DNA from: a virus
Virus record (IMG/VR): IMGVR_UViG_3300021963_000030
Reading direction: 5' to 3' (one strand)
Length of the DNA: 64,000 bases
A program made the position numbers and the translations under genes. Of the stretch, positions 19,636 through 29,245 are shown piece by piece. The stretch's first letter is position 1. The number at the start of each line of letters is the position of its first letter. The notes under the pieces were generated by a model, which saw only the letters and a program-made list of their open reading frames with translations, was not told where the DNA came from and searched no databases.

Positions 19636-20283
19636 ATGAAAAGAGCACAAGGTAAAAGCAATCTAGAGATTGTTCAAGATTATCTGGATGGTAATAGACC
19701 ATTTATTCAAGTTGGTTATACCGACGATATTAATAACGCCACTCGTAAAGAAGGTGAAGAGTGGGAGGATAGTCAAGGACGTAAATGGATTTGGAAGAAT
19801 GGCAGCAAACGTCGTGTTCCAAAAAAGGTTATTATTGACAACAAGTGTATCTGTAAACATTGTAATGCAGATATTCGTTGGGGTAATTACCTAGACAACC
19901 AAGTTTGGCCAAAGACACATTTGTGTTATGACTGTTTTACCAAGAATGAAACACAAATGAAGTTGGAAGGAACTTGGGAGTTTTATGATCAGATCCGTGA
20001 ACTCAAGAATGAACGATCTGTTTTGACCGATTACAAAACCAAGTTTGATGAAACATTAAAGTGGTGTATAGAGAAGGAGAACAAACCACTAGAGTTTATT
20101 AATGAAGATGGTTCTATCGAAAAGTGGGAAGGTGAGAATGGTATTGAAAAAATTAAACAAGACGTTGAAAAGGATCTTGAGTTTATAAATGCTAGGTTAT
20201 TGGAAATCGACAAGTCCATTAGTAATCTAGAAAAAGACTATGAGTCAGCAAAATCTAAGAGAAATAATAAAACAAGAGTATAA
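19636..20283 (+). CDS. Conserved hypothetical Zn-finger/coiled-coil protein immediately upstream of terL
   Basis: CKHC...CYDC, then a helical C-terminus; overlaps terL by 44 nt. ATG 19636 preferred over TTG 19630. Confidence 0.65.
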   Translation: MKRAQGKSNLEIVQDYLDGNRPFIQVGYTDDINNATRKEGEEWEDSQGRKWIWKNGSKRRVPKKVIIDNKCICKHCNADIRWGNYLDNQVWPKTHLCYDCFTKNETQMKLEGTWEFYDQIRELKNERSVLTDYKTKFDETLKWCIEKENKPLEFINEDGSIEKWEGENGIEKIKQDVEKDLEFINARLLEIDKSISNLEKDYESAKSKRNNKTRV

Positions 20284-21853
20284 GAAGTGTCTTGAAAATC
20301 CTATATACTTCATGAAGAAGTATGTGAAGATTCAACACCCAGTTCGTGGAACAGTAAACTTTGATTTGTTTGAGTTCCAAGAACACGCTTTGGAAGATAT
20401 GGTTGAGCACAAACTCAATATTATCTTAAAGAGTCGTCAAATGGGTATTTCTACTCTAACATCCGCATATAGTCTGTGGTTGATGACTTTTCACAGTGAT
20501 AAGAACATCTTGATCATCAGTATCACTCAAGAGACTGCAAAAGAAATTGTCACCAAAGTTAGATTTGCTAATGATAGTCTTCCAGCATGGTTAAAAGTTC
20601 CATGTGTAGAAGACAATCGTCTATCACTACGTCTTAAGAATGGATCTCAAATTAAGGCTGTATCTAGTGCTGGAACCGCAGGTCGTTCGGCAGCTTTGTC
20701 ACTTCTAATCATTGACGAAGCAGCATTCATCGATGGTATTGAAGAAATTTGGTTGTCTGCTCAATATACGTTGTCAACCGGTGGTCGAGCCATATTATTG
20801 TCTACTCCAAACGGTGTTGGTAACTTCTTTCACAAGACATGGGTTGCTGCGGAGGCTGGTGAAAATGGTTTCAATACAATCAGATTGCCATGGCATTTAC
20901 ATCCAGAACGTGATCAAGCATGGAGAGATAAACAAACAGAATTGTCTGGTGTCAAAGGTGCTGCACAAGAATGTGATTGTGACTTTTCTACATCGGGTAA
21001 TCAAGTTGTGTCTGTTGAGACCATTGAGTTTTATAAACAAACACATATCAAAGATCCAGTAGAAAAACGAGGTGCTCAACAAGATCTTTGGATATGGGAC
21101 AGACCAGATTATAGTAAGAACTACATTGTATCAGCTGACTGTGCTCGTGGTGACGGCGCCGATTATAGTGCGTTTCATATATTTGACGTTGATACACTTA
21201 CACAAGTTGCTGAATATAAGGGTCAGTTGACTACAAAAGATTACGGTAATTTGTTGGTAGCTATTGCAACAGAATACAATAATGCGATGCTTGTGGTAGA
21301 AAACAACAACATAGGTTGGGGAACTCTACAACAGATTATTGATAGAGATTACCAAAATACTTTCTACAGCACTCCAGACTTGAATGTAGTTGATGTGGAA
21401 CACAATTACACTAACAAACTAAATGCGCAAGATAGAAAGTTAGTGCCTGGATTTACAACTACAAACAAGAACAGACCTTTGATGGTATCCAATATGGAAT
21501 CATGCTTCAGGGATAAATCGGTCACTATAAGGTCTATAAGACTGTATGAGGAGTTGAACGTGTTTATTTGGAATGGACCTAAGGCTGAGGCAATGAGAGG
21601 ATACAACGACGATTTGGTGATGGCATTGAGTATTGGTTTATGGGTTCGTGGAACAGCATTGAAGTTAAGAACAGAACAAATGGCTTATACCCGAACCATG
21701 TTGGGTGGTATTACAAAAATAACAAACACAACGCCTGGTCCGTCATCACAATATAAAATCATACAATCTCCTCAAGAAACGTGGAAATTCGATACAGGAG
21801 CTAATGGTGCTCCAGGCTCAGGTAAAAAAGAATCACTAACTTGGTTGTTGTAA
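20240..21853 (+). CDS. terL: Terminase large subunit (gp17-like)
   Basis: LKSRQMGISTL Walker A, LIIDEAAF Walker B, LSTPNG motif III, ADCARGDGADYS nuclease motif. Confidence 0.96.
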   Translation: MSQQNLREIIKQEYKKCLENPIYFMKKYVKIQHPVRGTVNFDLFEFQEHALEDMVEHKLNIILKSRQMGISTLTSAYSLWLMTFHSDKNILIISITQETAKEIVTKVRFANDSLPAWLKVPCVEDNRLSLRLKNGSQIKAVSSAGTAGRSAALSLLIIDEAAFIDGIEEIWLSAQYTLSTGGRAILLSTPNGVGNFFHKTWVAAEAGENGFNTIRLPWHLHPERDQAWRDKQTELSGVKGAAQECDCDFSTSGNQVVSVETIEFYKQTHIKDPVEKRGAQQDLWIWDRPDYSKNYIVSADCARGDGADYSAFHIFDVDTLTQVAEYKGQLTTKDYGNLLVAIATEYNNAMLVVENNNIGWGTLQQIIDRDYQNTFYSTPDLNVVDVEHNYTNKLNAQDRKLVPGFTTTNKNRPLMVSNMESCFRDKSVTIRSIRLYEELNVFIWNGPKAEAMRGYNDDLVMALSIGLWVRGTALKLRTEQMAYTRTMLGGITKITNTTPGPSSQYKIIQSPQETWKFDTGANGAPGSGKKESLTWLL

Positions 21854-21877
21854 TACTTATATATAAGATAGCATTTT

Positions 21878-23854
21878 ATGGATGACAAATCATTTCAAGA
21901 GTTAAAAAATAGGTCACTTTACGCTAGGCTGAAGAGGCTTTTTAGCAACGACGTAATCGTTCGTAACGTGGGTGGCAAAAAGCTCAAGGTCATCGATACA
22001 GATGAAATTCAGTATGCTACAGACCGTAACAGTCTAAGAGATCGTTTCAATCGTCTTAGAACTACTGCTTACAATTCGTATACCCGTGACTTTAATTTAT
22101 CATATCAAAGCAGCCGTGTAGAATTGTTTCGTGATTATGATACAATGGACATGGACCCAATTCTTGCATCAGCATTGGACATCTATGCGGATGAATGCAC
22201 AACCCGAAATGAATTGGGAGACATTATTACTGTCCGAAGCACCAACGATGACATCAAGAGTATATTAAACAATTTGTTCTATGACATCTTGAACATCGAA
22301 TTCAATCTTTGGTCTTGGACTCGTAGCATGGTCAAGTATGGCGATTTTTATTTAAGACTGCACATCAGTCCAGAATATGGTGTATACATGGTTGAGCCAC
22401 TTAGTTCATATTATGTTACCCGTGTAGAAAACGCACATTTACAAAATAAGAGCTTTGTAAAGTTCCAAGTTAATCTTCCATATGGTAATAAGATTGAAGA
22501 TCTTGAGAACTATCAAATGGCACATTTTCGTTTGTTGAGTGATAGTAACTTCTTGCCATATGGTAAGAGTATGTTGGAGGGTGCTCGTCGTGTTTGGAAG
22601 CAATTGAGTTTGATGGAAGACGCAATGTTGATTCACCGTATCATGCGTGCTCCAGAAAAACGTATTTTCAAAATTGATATTGGTAACATTCCTCCAAACG
22701 AAGTTGATAACCATATGGAGAGAATTATTCAACAGATGAAGAAGACTCCATATTTGGACCAAGCTACTGGTGATTACAATCTTCGTTTCAATCTACAAAA
22801 CATGGTTGAAGACTTTTTCTTGCCAGTTCGTGGTGGTGATAGTGGAACTGCTATTGACAATTTGCCTGGGCTTGAGTGGACTGGAACCGATGATATCGAA
22901 TATCTTCGTAACAAAATGATGGCAGCACTTAAGATTCCTAAGGCATTCTTGGGTTATGATGAATCATTGTCTGGTAAGGCTACATTAGCTGCCGAAGACA
23001 TTCGTTTTGCTAGAACAATTCAACGTATTCAACGTATTATTGTCAGTGAATTGAACAAGATTGCTGTTGTTCATTTGTATAGTCAAGGATACAGAGATGA
23101 ATCATTGGTTGATTTTAGTCTTGAACTCACCAATCCATCTACAATTTTTGAGAAAGAAAAGATTGATGTTTGGAAGAGCAAGGTTGAAGTCAGCAAAGAC
23201 ATGCAAGAACAAAAGTTGTTTAGCAAAAAGTGGATTTATGAAAAAGTGTTTGGTATGAGCGACCAAGACATGATCATGTTGCAAAAACAACTTATTGATG
23301 ATGCTAAGGGCATGTATAGATTTAAGCAGATCGAAGAAGAAGGTAACGATCCTGCATTGAACTTCCTAAAGACCAAAGGCTCAGAGGGAGGAGAAGGCGG
23401 CGGAGAAGGTGGAGCCGGCGGTGCGGAAGGGGGTAGCGCTGGTGGAGGCGAAGTAGGTGGAGGAGAAACAGGAGGTGCTGAAGCCAGCGCTACTGCTCCC
23501 GCAACTGGTGGTGCCGAAGCGGGTGGAGAAGCTCCAAAATTGACCGAAAAAGTTAAATTGTCTGCGCATGAACGAGAAGAAGCTGCTCGTAAAAAAGAAG
23601 AAGAACGTGATAGAGATCAGACTGGTAGAAAAGATGCTAGAAAATATCCATTTGGTGAAGATCCACTTGGAACACAAGAAAACAATAGAGACAGTGATTT
23701 GTCACCATCTCATAAGTATAAAAAGCGTTCGCCACTGTCTTTGGAATCAATGGAGTCGTTGTCAACAATTTTACAAGGATTAGATAAGTCCAAAGAAATT
23801 TTAAGAGAGGGAGTTTCTGGGTCTTATATGGATGAAACAAACATCAAAGAATGA
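21878..23854 (+). CDS. Portal protein (gp20-like) with Gly/Glu-rich C-terminal tail
   Basis: QLSLMEDAMLIHRIMRAPEKRIFKIDIGN, MVEDFFLP.RGG..GT.ID.LPG, LKIPKAFL, EDIRFARTIQRIQ. Confidence 0.95.
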   Translation: MDDKSFQELKNRSLYARLKRLFSNDVIVRNVGGKKLKVIDTDEIQYATDRNSLRDRFNRLRTTAYNSYTRDFNLSYQSSRVELFRDYDTMDMDPILASALDIYADECTTRNELGDIITVRSTNDDIKSILNNLFYDILNIEFNLWSWTRSMVKYGDFYLRLHISPEYGVYMVEPLSSYYVTRVENAHLQNKSFVKFQVNLPYGNKIEDLENYQMAHFRLLSDSNFLPYGKSMLEGARRVWKQLSLMEDAMLIHRIMRAPEKRIFKIDIGNIPPNEVDNHMERIIQQMKKTPYLDQATGDYNLRFNLQNMVEDFFLPVRGGDSGTAIDNLPGLEWTGTDDIEYLRNKMMAALKIPKAFLGYDESLSGKATLAAEDIRFARTIQRIQRIIVSELNKIAVVHLYSQGYRDESLVDFSLELTNPSTIFEKEKIDVWKSKVEVSKDMQEQKLFSKKWIYEKVFGMSDQDMIMLQKQLIDDAKGMYRFKQIEEEGNDPALNFLKTKGSEGGEGGGEGGAGGAEGGSAGGGEVGGGETGGAEASATAPATGGAEAGGEAPKLTEKVKLSAHEREEAARKKEEERDRDQTGRKDARKYPFGEDPLGTQENNRDSDLSPSHKYKKRSPLSLESMESLSTILQGLDKSKEILREGVSGSYMDETNIKE

Positions 23855-23909
23855 TATAAATCCGATGATTTTCCAAATTTCAATATATTTATAATTATTA
23901 GAGAACTAT

Positions 23910-24782
23910 ATGCGCAAAAAAGCTAAACATTCTAAGTTTAAGAATAGCGGAGTATTGTTTGAGTTGCTCACGCGACAGATTACCGCAGATATATTGGCAG
24001 GTCGTGACGAATCATTCACCAAGAACTTGATGTTCAAATATTTTAACGAAAGCACTGCGCTCGGAAAAGAATTTCAATTGTATAACTTCATCGTAAGTCA
24101 ATCTTCTAAGAATTCCGAGTCTGCTGATCGTATTTTGAATGTAGTATTGCAAACACGTTCAAAGTTAAATGAACGTGAATTAACTTCGCAAAAGTATAAT
24201 CTCGTTAAGGAGATCAAAGAGAAGTTTAACATCGACGAATTTCTAAAGAACAAGATTCCAAACTATAAACTTTACGCATCGATATATAAGTTGTTTGAAA
24301 ATCAAGGTGGTGATGAAGTTAAGTTTGATGTAGAAGAGATTTTGGAAGCCAGAGAGTTTGTAACAGAAAATTTGACAAAGGAAAGAAAGAACGAAGAACA
24401 AGCTTTGGATGTATATAGTTCTCAACCAGCCGAAGTGAAGTTACTCGCATATAAGTTCTTGATCGAAAACTTCAACAAAAAGTATTCGTCTTTGTTGCCT
24501 TCTCAAAAGGCTTTGTTAAAAGAATATATTACAAACGTTTCCAACACCAACAAGTTCACTGAATTTGTCAACAAGGAATATAAGAAGGTGTCTGATCTTC
24601 TTAAGGAAAGATCTATTTTGGTTAAGCATGATGTTATCAAGATCAAACTTAACGAAACGATTGCTCAGCTTTCAAACAAAACTCTCACAGGTATTGTGAA
24701 AGAGAATCAATTGACTGCTCTTTTGAGTGCGTATGAATTGATCGAAGAATTAAATAAACTTGCTGATGAAAAAGCTTCTTAA
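23910..24782 (+). CDS. Conserved hypothetical head-region protein
   Basis: 290-aa helical ORF between portal and protease; TATTTATA at 23886-23893. Confidence 0.7.
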   Translation: MRKKAKHSKFKNSGVLFELLTRQITADILAGRDESFTKNLMFKYFNESTALGKEFQLYNFIVSQSSKNSESADRILNVVLQTRSKLNERELTSQKYNLVKEIKEKFNIDEFLKNKIPNYKLYASIYKLFENQGGDEVKFDVEEILEAREFVTENLTKERKNEEQALDVYSSQPAEVKLLAYKFLIENFNKKYSSLLPSQKALLKEYITNVSNTNKFTEFVNKEYKKVSDLLKERSILVKHDVIKIKLNETIAQLSNKTLTGIVKENQLTALLSAYELIEELNKLADEKAS

Positions 24783-25878
24783 AGAATCAGGCGATCCGTT
24801 TAGAGATATTGTTAAAAAATATGCTCAATTGTATCGTGATAGTGAATTAGCCCGCATTGATAAATCTCAATACAATGCATGGTTGCAAGCTCATGCTGGC
24901 AAGATCTCGCCATCTGTAAAAGCAGACATCGAAAAAAAAGTAAATGCCAAGTTGAAAAAGAAAGATGAAGCATCAACCAGTAGTGCTGCTGGTGCTTACA
25001 TGACTCCATTTGCTTTTTCTCGTAGAGGACCAGGCAATGTTAGAGCAGCTACTCAACTTGGATTTAAGTTAGCAAAACCCGTAAAAAAGAGTCCAGGCTA
25101 TGCTTTGGAAAACCAAATGTATAGTGAACCAGCTTATGTAACTCCAGCACAAAACATCGAACCAGTATCAACTTACACAGATCAATTTGGATTGGTTCAA
25201 CACGGTGATCCAGAGTTGGACCCAGGCCTTGCTGGTAAGACACAAACAACTCTTCCTACTACAGAACAACGTAAATCTGTCAAAAAAATCATCGAAGGAT
25301 ATCGTGCCAACAGATTTTTGACAAAGGAAGCAGACGGCGGTCAACAACCAGCACCGGCACAACCTCAACAAGCACCACAGGCAGATCCAACTGTAAATGT
25401 TCAATCATATGACATTCAACCAGACTTTACTGCTTTTGATACCAAGTTAAAGGATGCTACTGAACAGACCAAATTAGAACTTCAAAAGAAGATTCAAGAT
25501 CAAATTTTAAACAAAAAGATCGTTGTTCGTGCTAGTAAAGGATATAAGCAACCAGAAACAGATTATACAATCAACGTGACTGGTGTTCAAATTGATTACT
25601 ATTATGATCGATATGTTATCATCATAATTGGTCGTGAAGAAAGTAAACAAAAAGCAGCCAAGTTCTTTGTAAAACCTGGTTTCAAGATCAAGATTTTGGG
25701 TCCAGCCGATGTTAAACAAAGAGACAAGTATCAAATTGCCAAATCAAAAGCATTGGTTGATCCATCACAACAAACTTCAGCTGGAGCTTCAAATGTTGTA
25801 ACTTCAAAACAACAACCAGCACCAGCTAAACCAGAGGAAACACCAGAAGCTCCAGCAGCACAACCACCACCAGCTTAA
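24766..25878 (+). CDS. Putative internal head protein (MKKLLKE leader, multiple xxE sites)
   Basis: ATG 24766 overlaps the upstream stop. EASTSSAAGAYMTPFAF segment and Q/P-rich linkers. Confidence 0.6.
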   Translation: MKKLLKESGDPFRDIVKKYAQLYRDSELARIDKSQYNAWLQAHAGKISPSVKADIEKKVNAKLKKKDEASTSSAAGAYMTPFAFSRRGPGNVRAATQLGFKLAKPVKKSPGYALENQMYSEPAYVTPAQNIEPVSTYTDQFGLVQHGDPELDPGLAGKTQTTLPTTEQRKSVKKIIEGYRANRFLTKEADGGQQPAPAQPQQAPQADPTVNVQSYDIQPDFTAFDTKLKDATEQTKLELQKKIQDQILNKKIVVRASKGYKQPETDYTINVTGVQIDYYYDRYVIIIIGREESKQKAAKFFVKPGFKIKILGPADVKQRDKYQIAKSKALVDPSQQTSAGASNVVTSKQQPAPAKPEETPEAPAAQPPPA

Positions 25879-25879
25879 T

Positions 25880-26488
25880 ATGAAAACAGTATTAATTGAC
25901 GTATTACCATTTGAGTTCAAGAAGACCGCACTTAACGAATCGTTGAGTGATGGTAAACTTCTTGTAACTGGCACACTACAACGTGCTGAAGCTAAGAATC
26001 AAAATGGTAGAATCTATCCAAAGGAAATTCTTCAACGTGAAGCCACAAAATACATGGATAATTTTGTTAAACAACGTCGTGCTATGGGTGAATTGGATCA
26101 TCCAGAATCGTCTGTTGTTAACTTAAAAAATGTTAGTCACAACATCGTAGACATGGGTTGGGATGGTGATGATTTGGTTGGAACTGTAGAAATTTTACCA
26201 ACACCAAGTGGTAACATTTTGAAAGATCTTCTCAAGGCTGGTATTCTTTTGGGTATCAGTAGTCGTGGTTTGGGTAGTGTAAAGAAGGATATGAGAGAAG
26301 GTGCTGATGTGGTTCAAGATGATTTTGACTTGATCGCATTTGACTTTGTAAGCAATCCTTCAACACAAGGTGCGTTCATGTATCCTCAAGGAAAGATCAC
26401 CGAAAGTGTCAATCCTAATGGCAACAGAATCATCAATCCTTACTCAAATATTGAAAAAATTATTCATGATATTATATCAGAATTATAA
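25880..26488 (+). CDS. Prohead core protease (gp21-like)
   Basis: NQNGRIYP, GELDHP (His), GISSRGLGS (Ser), FDFVSNPS. Confidence 0.95.
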   Translation: MKTVLIDVLPFEFKKTALNESLSDGKLLVTGTLQRAEAKNQNGRIYPKEILQREATKYMDNFVKQRRAMGELDHPESSVVNLKNVSHNIVDMGWDGDDLVGTVEILPTPSGNILKDLLKAGILLGISSRGLGSVKKDMREGADVVQDDFDLIAFDFVSNPSTQGAFMYPQGKITESVNPNGNRIINPYSNIEKIIHDIISEL

Positions 26489-26509
26489 TTTGAACCCTAT
26501 TTATAGCAT

Positions 26510-27025
26510 ATGATTAAGCTAAGACATTTAGTAGAAAATTCCACAGAAACCTCTTACGTTCCTCTTACCAAAGAAGAGAAAGTCAAGTTACGTGAGACAG
26601 TAAAGGCTTATAACGAATATCGTAAGAGTCTTAAAGCTGAAAGTGTTTATTCTACTGCTTCAAAAATTATGGAGGCAGTTAACTTGGCAGAACGTTATGC
26701 TATCAAGGAATGTGGTGAGTGGATGGAAGCAAAGATGGTTGAGCGTGACATGAAAGAAGTTAAGAAACTCGCTCACAAGTTGTATGAAGAAGCAAATAAG
26801 ATCAAGGGTGTAGAACACACACTTGAGATGATTTATGAAGAAATTGGTTTGAAGTTGGAACGTTATTTTGAGATTGCTGATCCAATTACTGAGACCCCAC
26901 AAGCATATCAAGTTCAAGGTCGTCCTGATTCAGTGAGTATCAACGCATTGGAAAACTCTGAACTTCCAGGTGCTCAACCAGTTACTCAACCTCATCAACA
27001 ACCACCTTACCAATCACAAAAGTAA
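26510..27025 (+). CDS. Hypothetical head protein with MIKLRHLVE leader
   Basis: Helical 171 aa; TATTTATA 4 nt upstream (26498-26505). Confidence 0.65.
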   Translation: MIKLRHLVENSTETSYVPLTKEEKVKLRETVKAYNEYRKSLKAESVYSTASKIMEAVNLAERYAIKECGEWMEAKMVERDMKEVKKLAHKLYEEANKIKGVEHTLEMIYEEIGLKLERYFEIADPITETPQAYQVQGRPDSVSINALENSELPGAQPVTQPHQQPPYQSQK

Positions 27026-27027
27026 GG

Positions 27028-27387
27028 TTACTTGTTCTTAAATTTAGGGTCTGATGGGATTGAATCAATAAACTCAATCATCTTACTAAAAGATTCAAAC
27101 ACATAACGACGGGATGTTTCAAGAACATACCCGTCTTCGTTTTTATATACACGAACTGGCACCTTTTCGTCCATCATTTCTAGTGTAGGCACTTCAATTT
27201 CGCACACCATATCGGAGTCATTGTCGATTTTGAAGCCCATATCACCGAGTGTGTCAATTTCATTGAAGTTCCAACCATTTGGGTGGTCGATATCAATCAA
27301 CTTGAATTTTGGAGAATCGGTATCTTCTCCGCCTTTGTTTAGAAAGTTGCCCAATTTTACTTGAGCGTATAGATTCTTATAGTCCAT
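27028..27387 (-). CDS. Hypothetical protein
   Basis: ATG at 27387 (MDYKNLY) overlaps the upstream minus-strand gene by 11 nt; the track uses TTG 27405. Confidence 0.6.
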   Translation of the reverse strand: MDYKNLYAQVKLGNFLNKGGEDTDSPKFKLIDIDHPNGWNFNEIDTLGDMGFKIDNDSDMVCEIEVPTLEMMDEKVPVRVYKNEDGYVLETSRRYVFESFSKMIEFIDSIPSDPKFKNK

Positions 27388-27961
27388 ATGAGTTAATTCT
27401 ATCAATGAAATCTGCTAAAACTTTGGTTTTTTCTTCACCGTCGTTATCAAAAATGCTACTCAAAACATACACAACCTTTTCTTTGTTTTCTTCTGGATCT
27501 TCACTTTGTTTAGCAGGTGATATTCCAATGAAACAAGCGTAGTTGTATAAGCCTGGGTTTTGGTTATTTACCAACTTTTTGAAAACATAGTTCTTATTTG
27601 ACTCGTTACTGGTAATGTTTGCTGAAATTTCGTTGGTGCTCTTTTTGTGAACGAAGTTTGCTTTGCCAAATCCGCCAAATCCGTTTTGTTTGTTTTGAAA
27701 TGTAAGAAGTTCTTTTTTGTCAAACTTTACACCAGAGTTTTCTCTCAACACATCATCGAGAGTTTTATCTGGAACCTCTTGCATTTTAGCAGAACTGAAC
27801 TCTGCTTCTGTCAATTCGTCCTTACGTTTGTCAACAATTGCTAATGCTGCATAATACTTTTTGAGACTTTCTTTGTCTCCTTTTGTGCAGCCAACTTTCT
27901 TGTTGTTCGACTTTTTAAACACACAATATTTGTCGTTTACTTTTTTATGATAATATGGCAT
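27377..27961 (-). CDS. Hypothetical late protein (MPYYHKK...)
   Basis: Start re-assigned to ATG 27961 because TATTTATA lies 5 nt upstream on the minus strand (27974-27967). Confidence 0.65.
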   Translation of the reverse strand: MPYYHKKVNDKYCVFKKSNNKKVGCTKGDKESLKKYYAALAIVDKRKDELTEAEFSSAKMQEVPDKTLDDVLRENSGVKFDKKELLTFQNKQNGFGGFGKANFVHKKSTNEISANITSNESNKNYVFKKLVNNQNPGLYNYACFIGISPAKQSEDPEENKEKVVYVLSSIFDNDGEEKTKVLADFIDRINSYGL

Positions 27962-27966
27962 ACAAC

Positions 27967-28015
27967 TATAAATATCAAAAAAATTGTGATTTTCCAATTT
28001 TATATCATATTTATT
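27967..28015. promoter_or_regulatory. Divergent pair of late motifs
   Basis: TATTTATA on the minus strand (27974-27967) and TATTTATT on the plus strand (28008-28015), ahead of the scaffold/capsid genes. Confidence 0.55.
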
Positions 28016-28110
28016 ATCAAATGCGTCAACGTCTTTGATGCCACTATAATTCAATCTTCTTTGGAGTTCTCCAATAACTTCACAACAACAATAGGAAAGG
28101 TAAAATTAAT

Positions 28111-29202
28111 ATGAGCGATCTATTAAAGGAAAGCATCGCAGACGCAAAGGCAGTTCGTGAAACTGCAATTGCTAATGCAAAAACCTTTCTTGAGGAAAAC
28201 TTCGCAAAGAGCATGAAAGAAATGTTCGCAGAGAAGCTCAAGGAAGAGTCAGAAGAAGCAGGTGAGGAAAAGAAGGAAGAAGGAAAGATCGAAGAGAAGC
28301 TTTCTTCTTCAGGCATTGGTAAGGACGATGGTAACTTCGTATCAGACCAAAAGCCAGTCCAACCTTCTACATCTGCCAAGAAGAACACAACTCCAGCCGG
28401 TAAGCAAGAGTTCGACGCAACTCTTGAAGAAGGCGAAGAAATCACCAGCGAAGAGTTGGATGAGATTCTTGCTGAGTTGGAACAAGAAGGTAAGAAGGAA
28501 GACGGTGAAAAGGAAGAAAAGCACGAAGTAGTTGCTGAAGAGGAAGAGGCTTCTGAAGAAGAAGTTGTTGATCTTGATGAACTACTCGCTGAGTTGGAAG
28601 TTGACGAACAAGCTCCAGCTGCTCCAGTTGCTCCAGCACCAGCTGCTGTTGACCCAACCATGGCAGCCGCAGCACCAGCTGTTCCAGCCGCACCAGTTGC
28701 TCCAGCACCTGGACAAGTTCCTTCCCCAATGGAAGAAGACACCTACGAAGAAGAAGTGACTGCTGAAGAAATGGCAGAGGCACTCGTTGCTATTAATGAA
28801 GAAAACGAAGCATTGAAGAATTCTTTGAAGGAACACCAAGATACTGTTAAGTATTTGAAGGGTGTTCTTGAAGAAACCAATCTCTTGAATGCTAAGTTGC
28901 TCTATACCAACAAGATCTTCAAGGGTAAGAATTTGACCGAAGACCAAAAGTTGAAGGTCATCAACACATTTGATCTCACCAAGACATTGCGTGAAATCAA
29001 GTTGGCATATACAGTTTTGGCCGAATCATTTAATGCCGGTGGATCAGTCGCCAAGAAAAAGACAAATGCGACTGTCTCAACTATCACCGAAGGTTTGGCA
29101 AGCAAACCAGTATCCAGCACAAAGCCTGACTCTACGATTGTAGAACCTCAAGCTGATGTAATGGCTTCAAGATTCCAAAAGCTCGCAGGAATCAAGAAGT
29201 AA
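28111..29202 (+). CDS. Prohead core scaffold protein (gp22-like)
   Basis: MSDLLKESIADAKAV, very acidic, AP-rich linker, NLLNAKLLY, RFQKLAGI; directly upstream of the major capsid gene. Confidence 0.85.
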   Translation: MSDLLKESIADAKAVRETAIANAKTFLEENFAKSMKEMFAEKLKEESEEAGEEKKEEGKIEEKLSSSGIGKDDGNFVSDQKPVQPSTSAKKNTTPAGKQEFDATLEEGEEITSEELDEILAELEQEGKKEDGEKEEKHEVVAEEEEASEEEVVDLDELLAELEVDEQAPAAPVAPAPAAVDPTMAAAAPAVPAAPVAPAPGQVPSPMEEDTYEEEVTAEEMAEALVAINEENEALKNSLKEHQDTVKYLKGVLEETNLLNAKLLYTNKIFKGKNLTEDQKLKVINTFDLTKTLREIKLAYTVLAESFNAGGSVAKKKTNATVSTITEGLASKPVSSTKPDSTIVEPQADVMASRFQKLAGIKK

Positions 29203-29245
29203 TTAGTTTGCGAGTAATTAACAAACCAAAAGATAGGAAAATATT

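Noticed and set aside
28080-28783. Minus-strand Ala/Ser/Gly-rich ORFs over the scaffold gene
   Set aside because: Antisense shadows of the Glu- and Ala/Pro-rich scaffold sequence.
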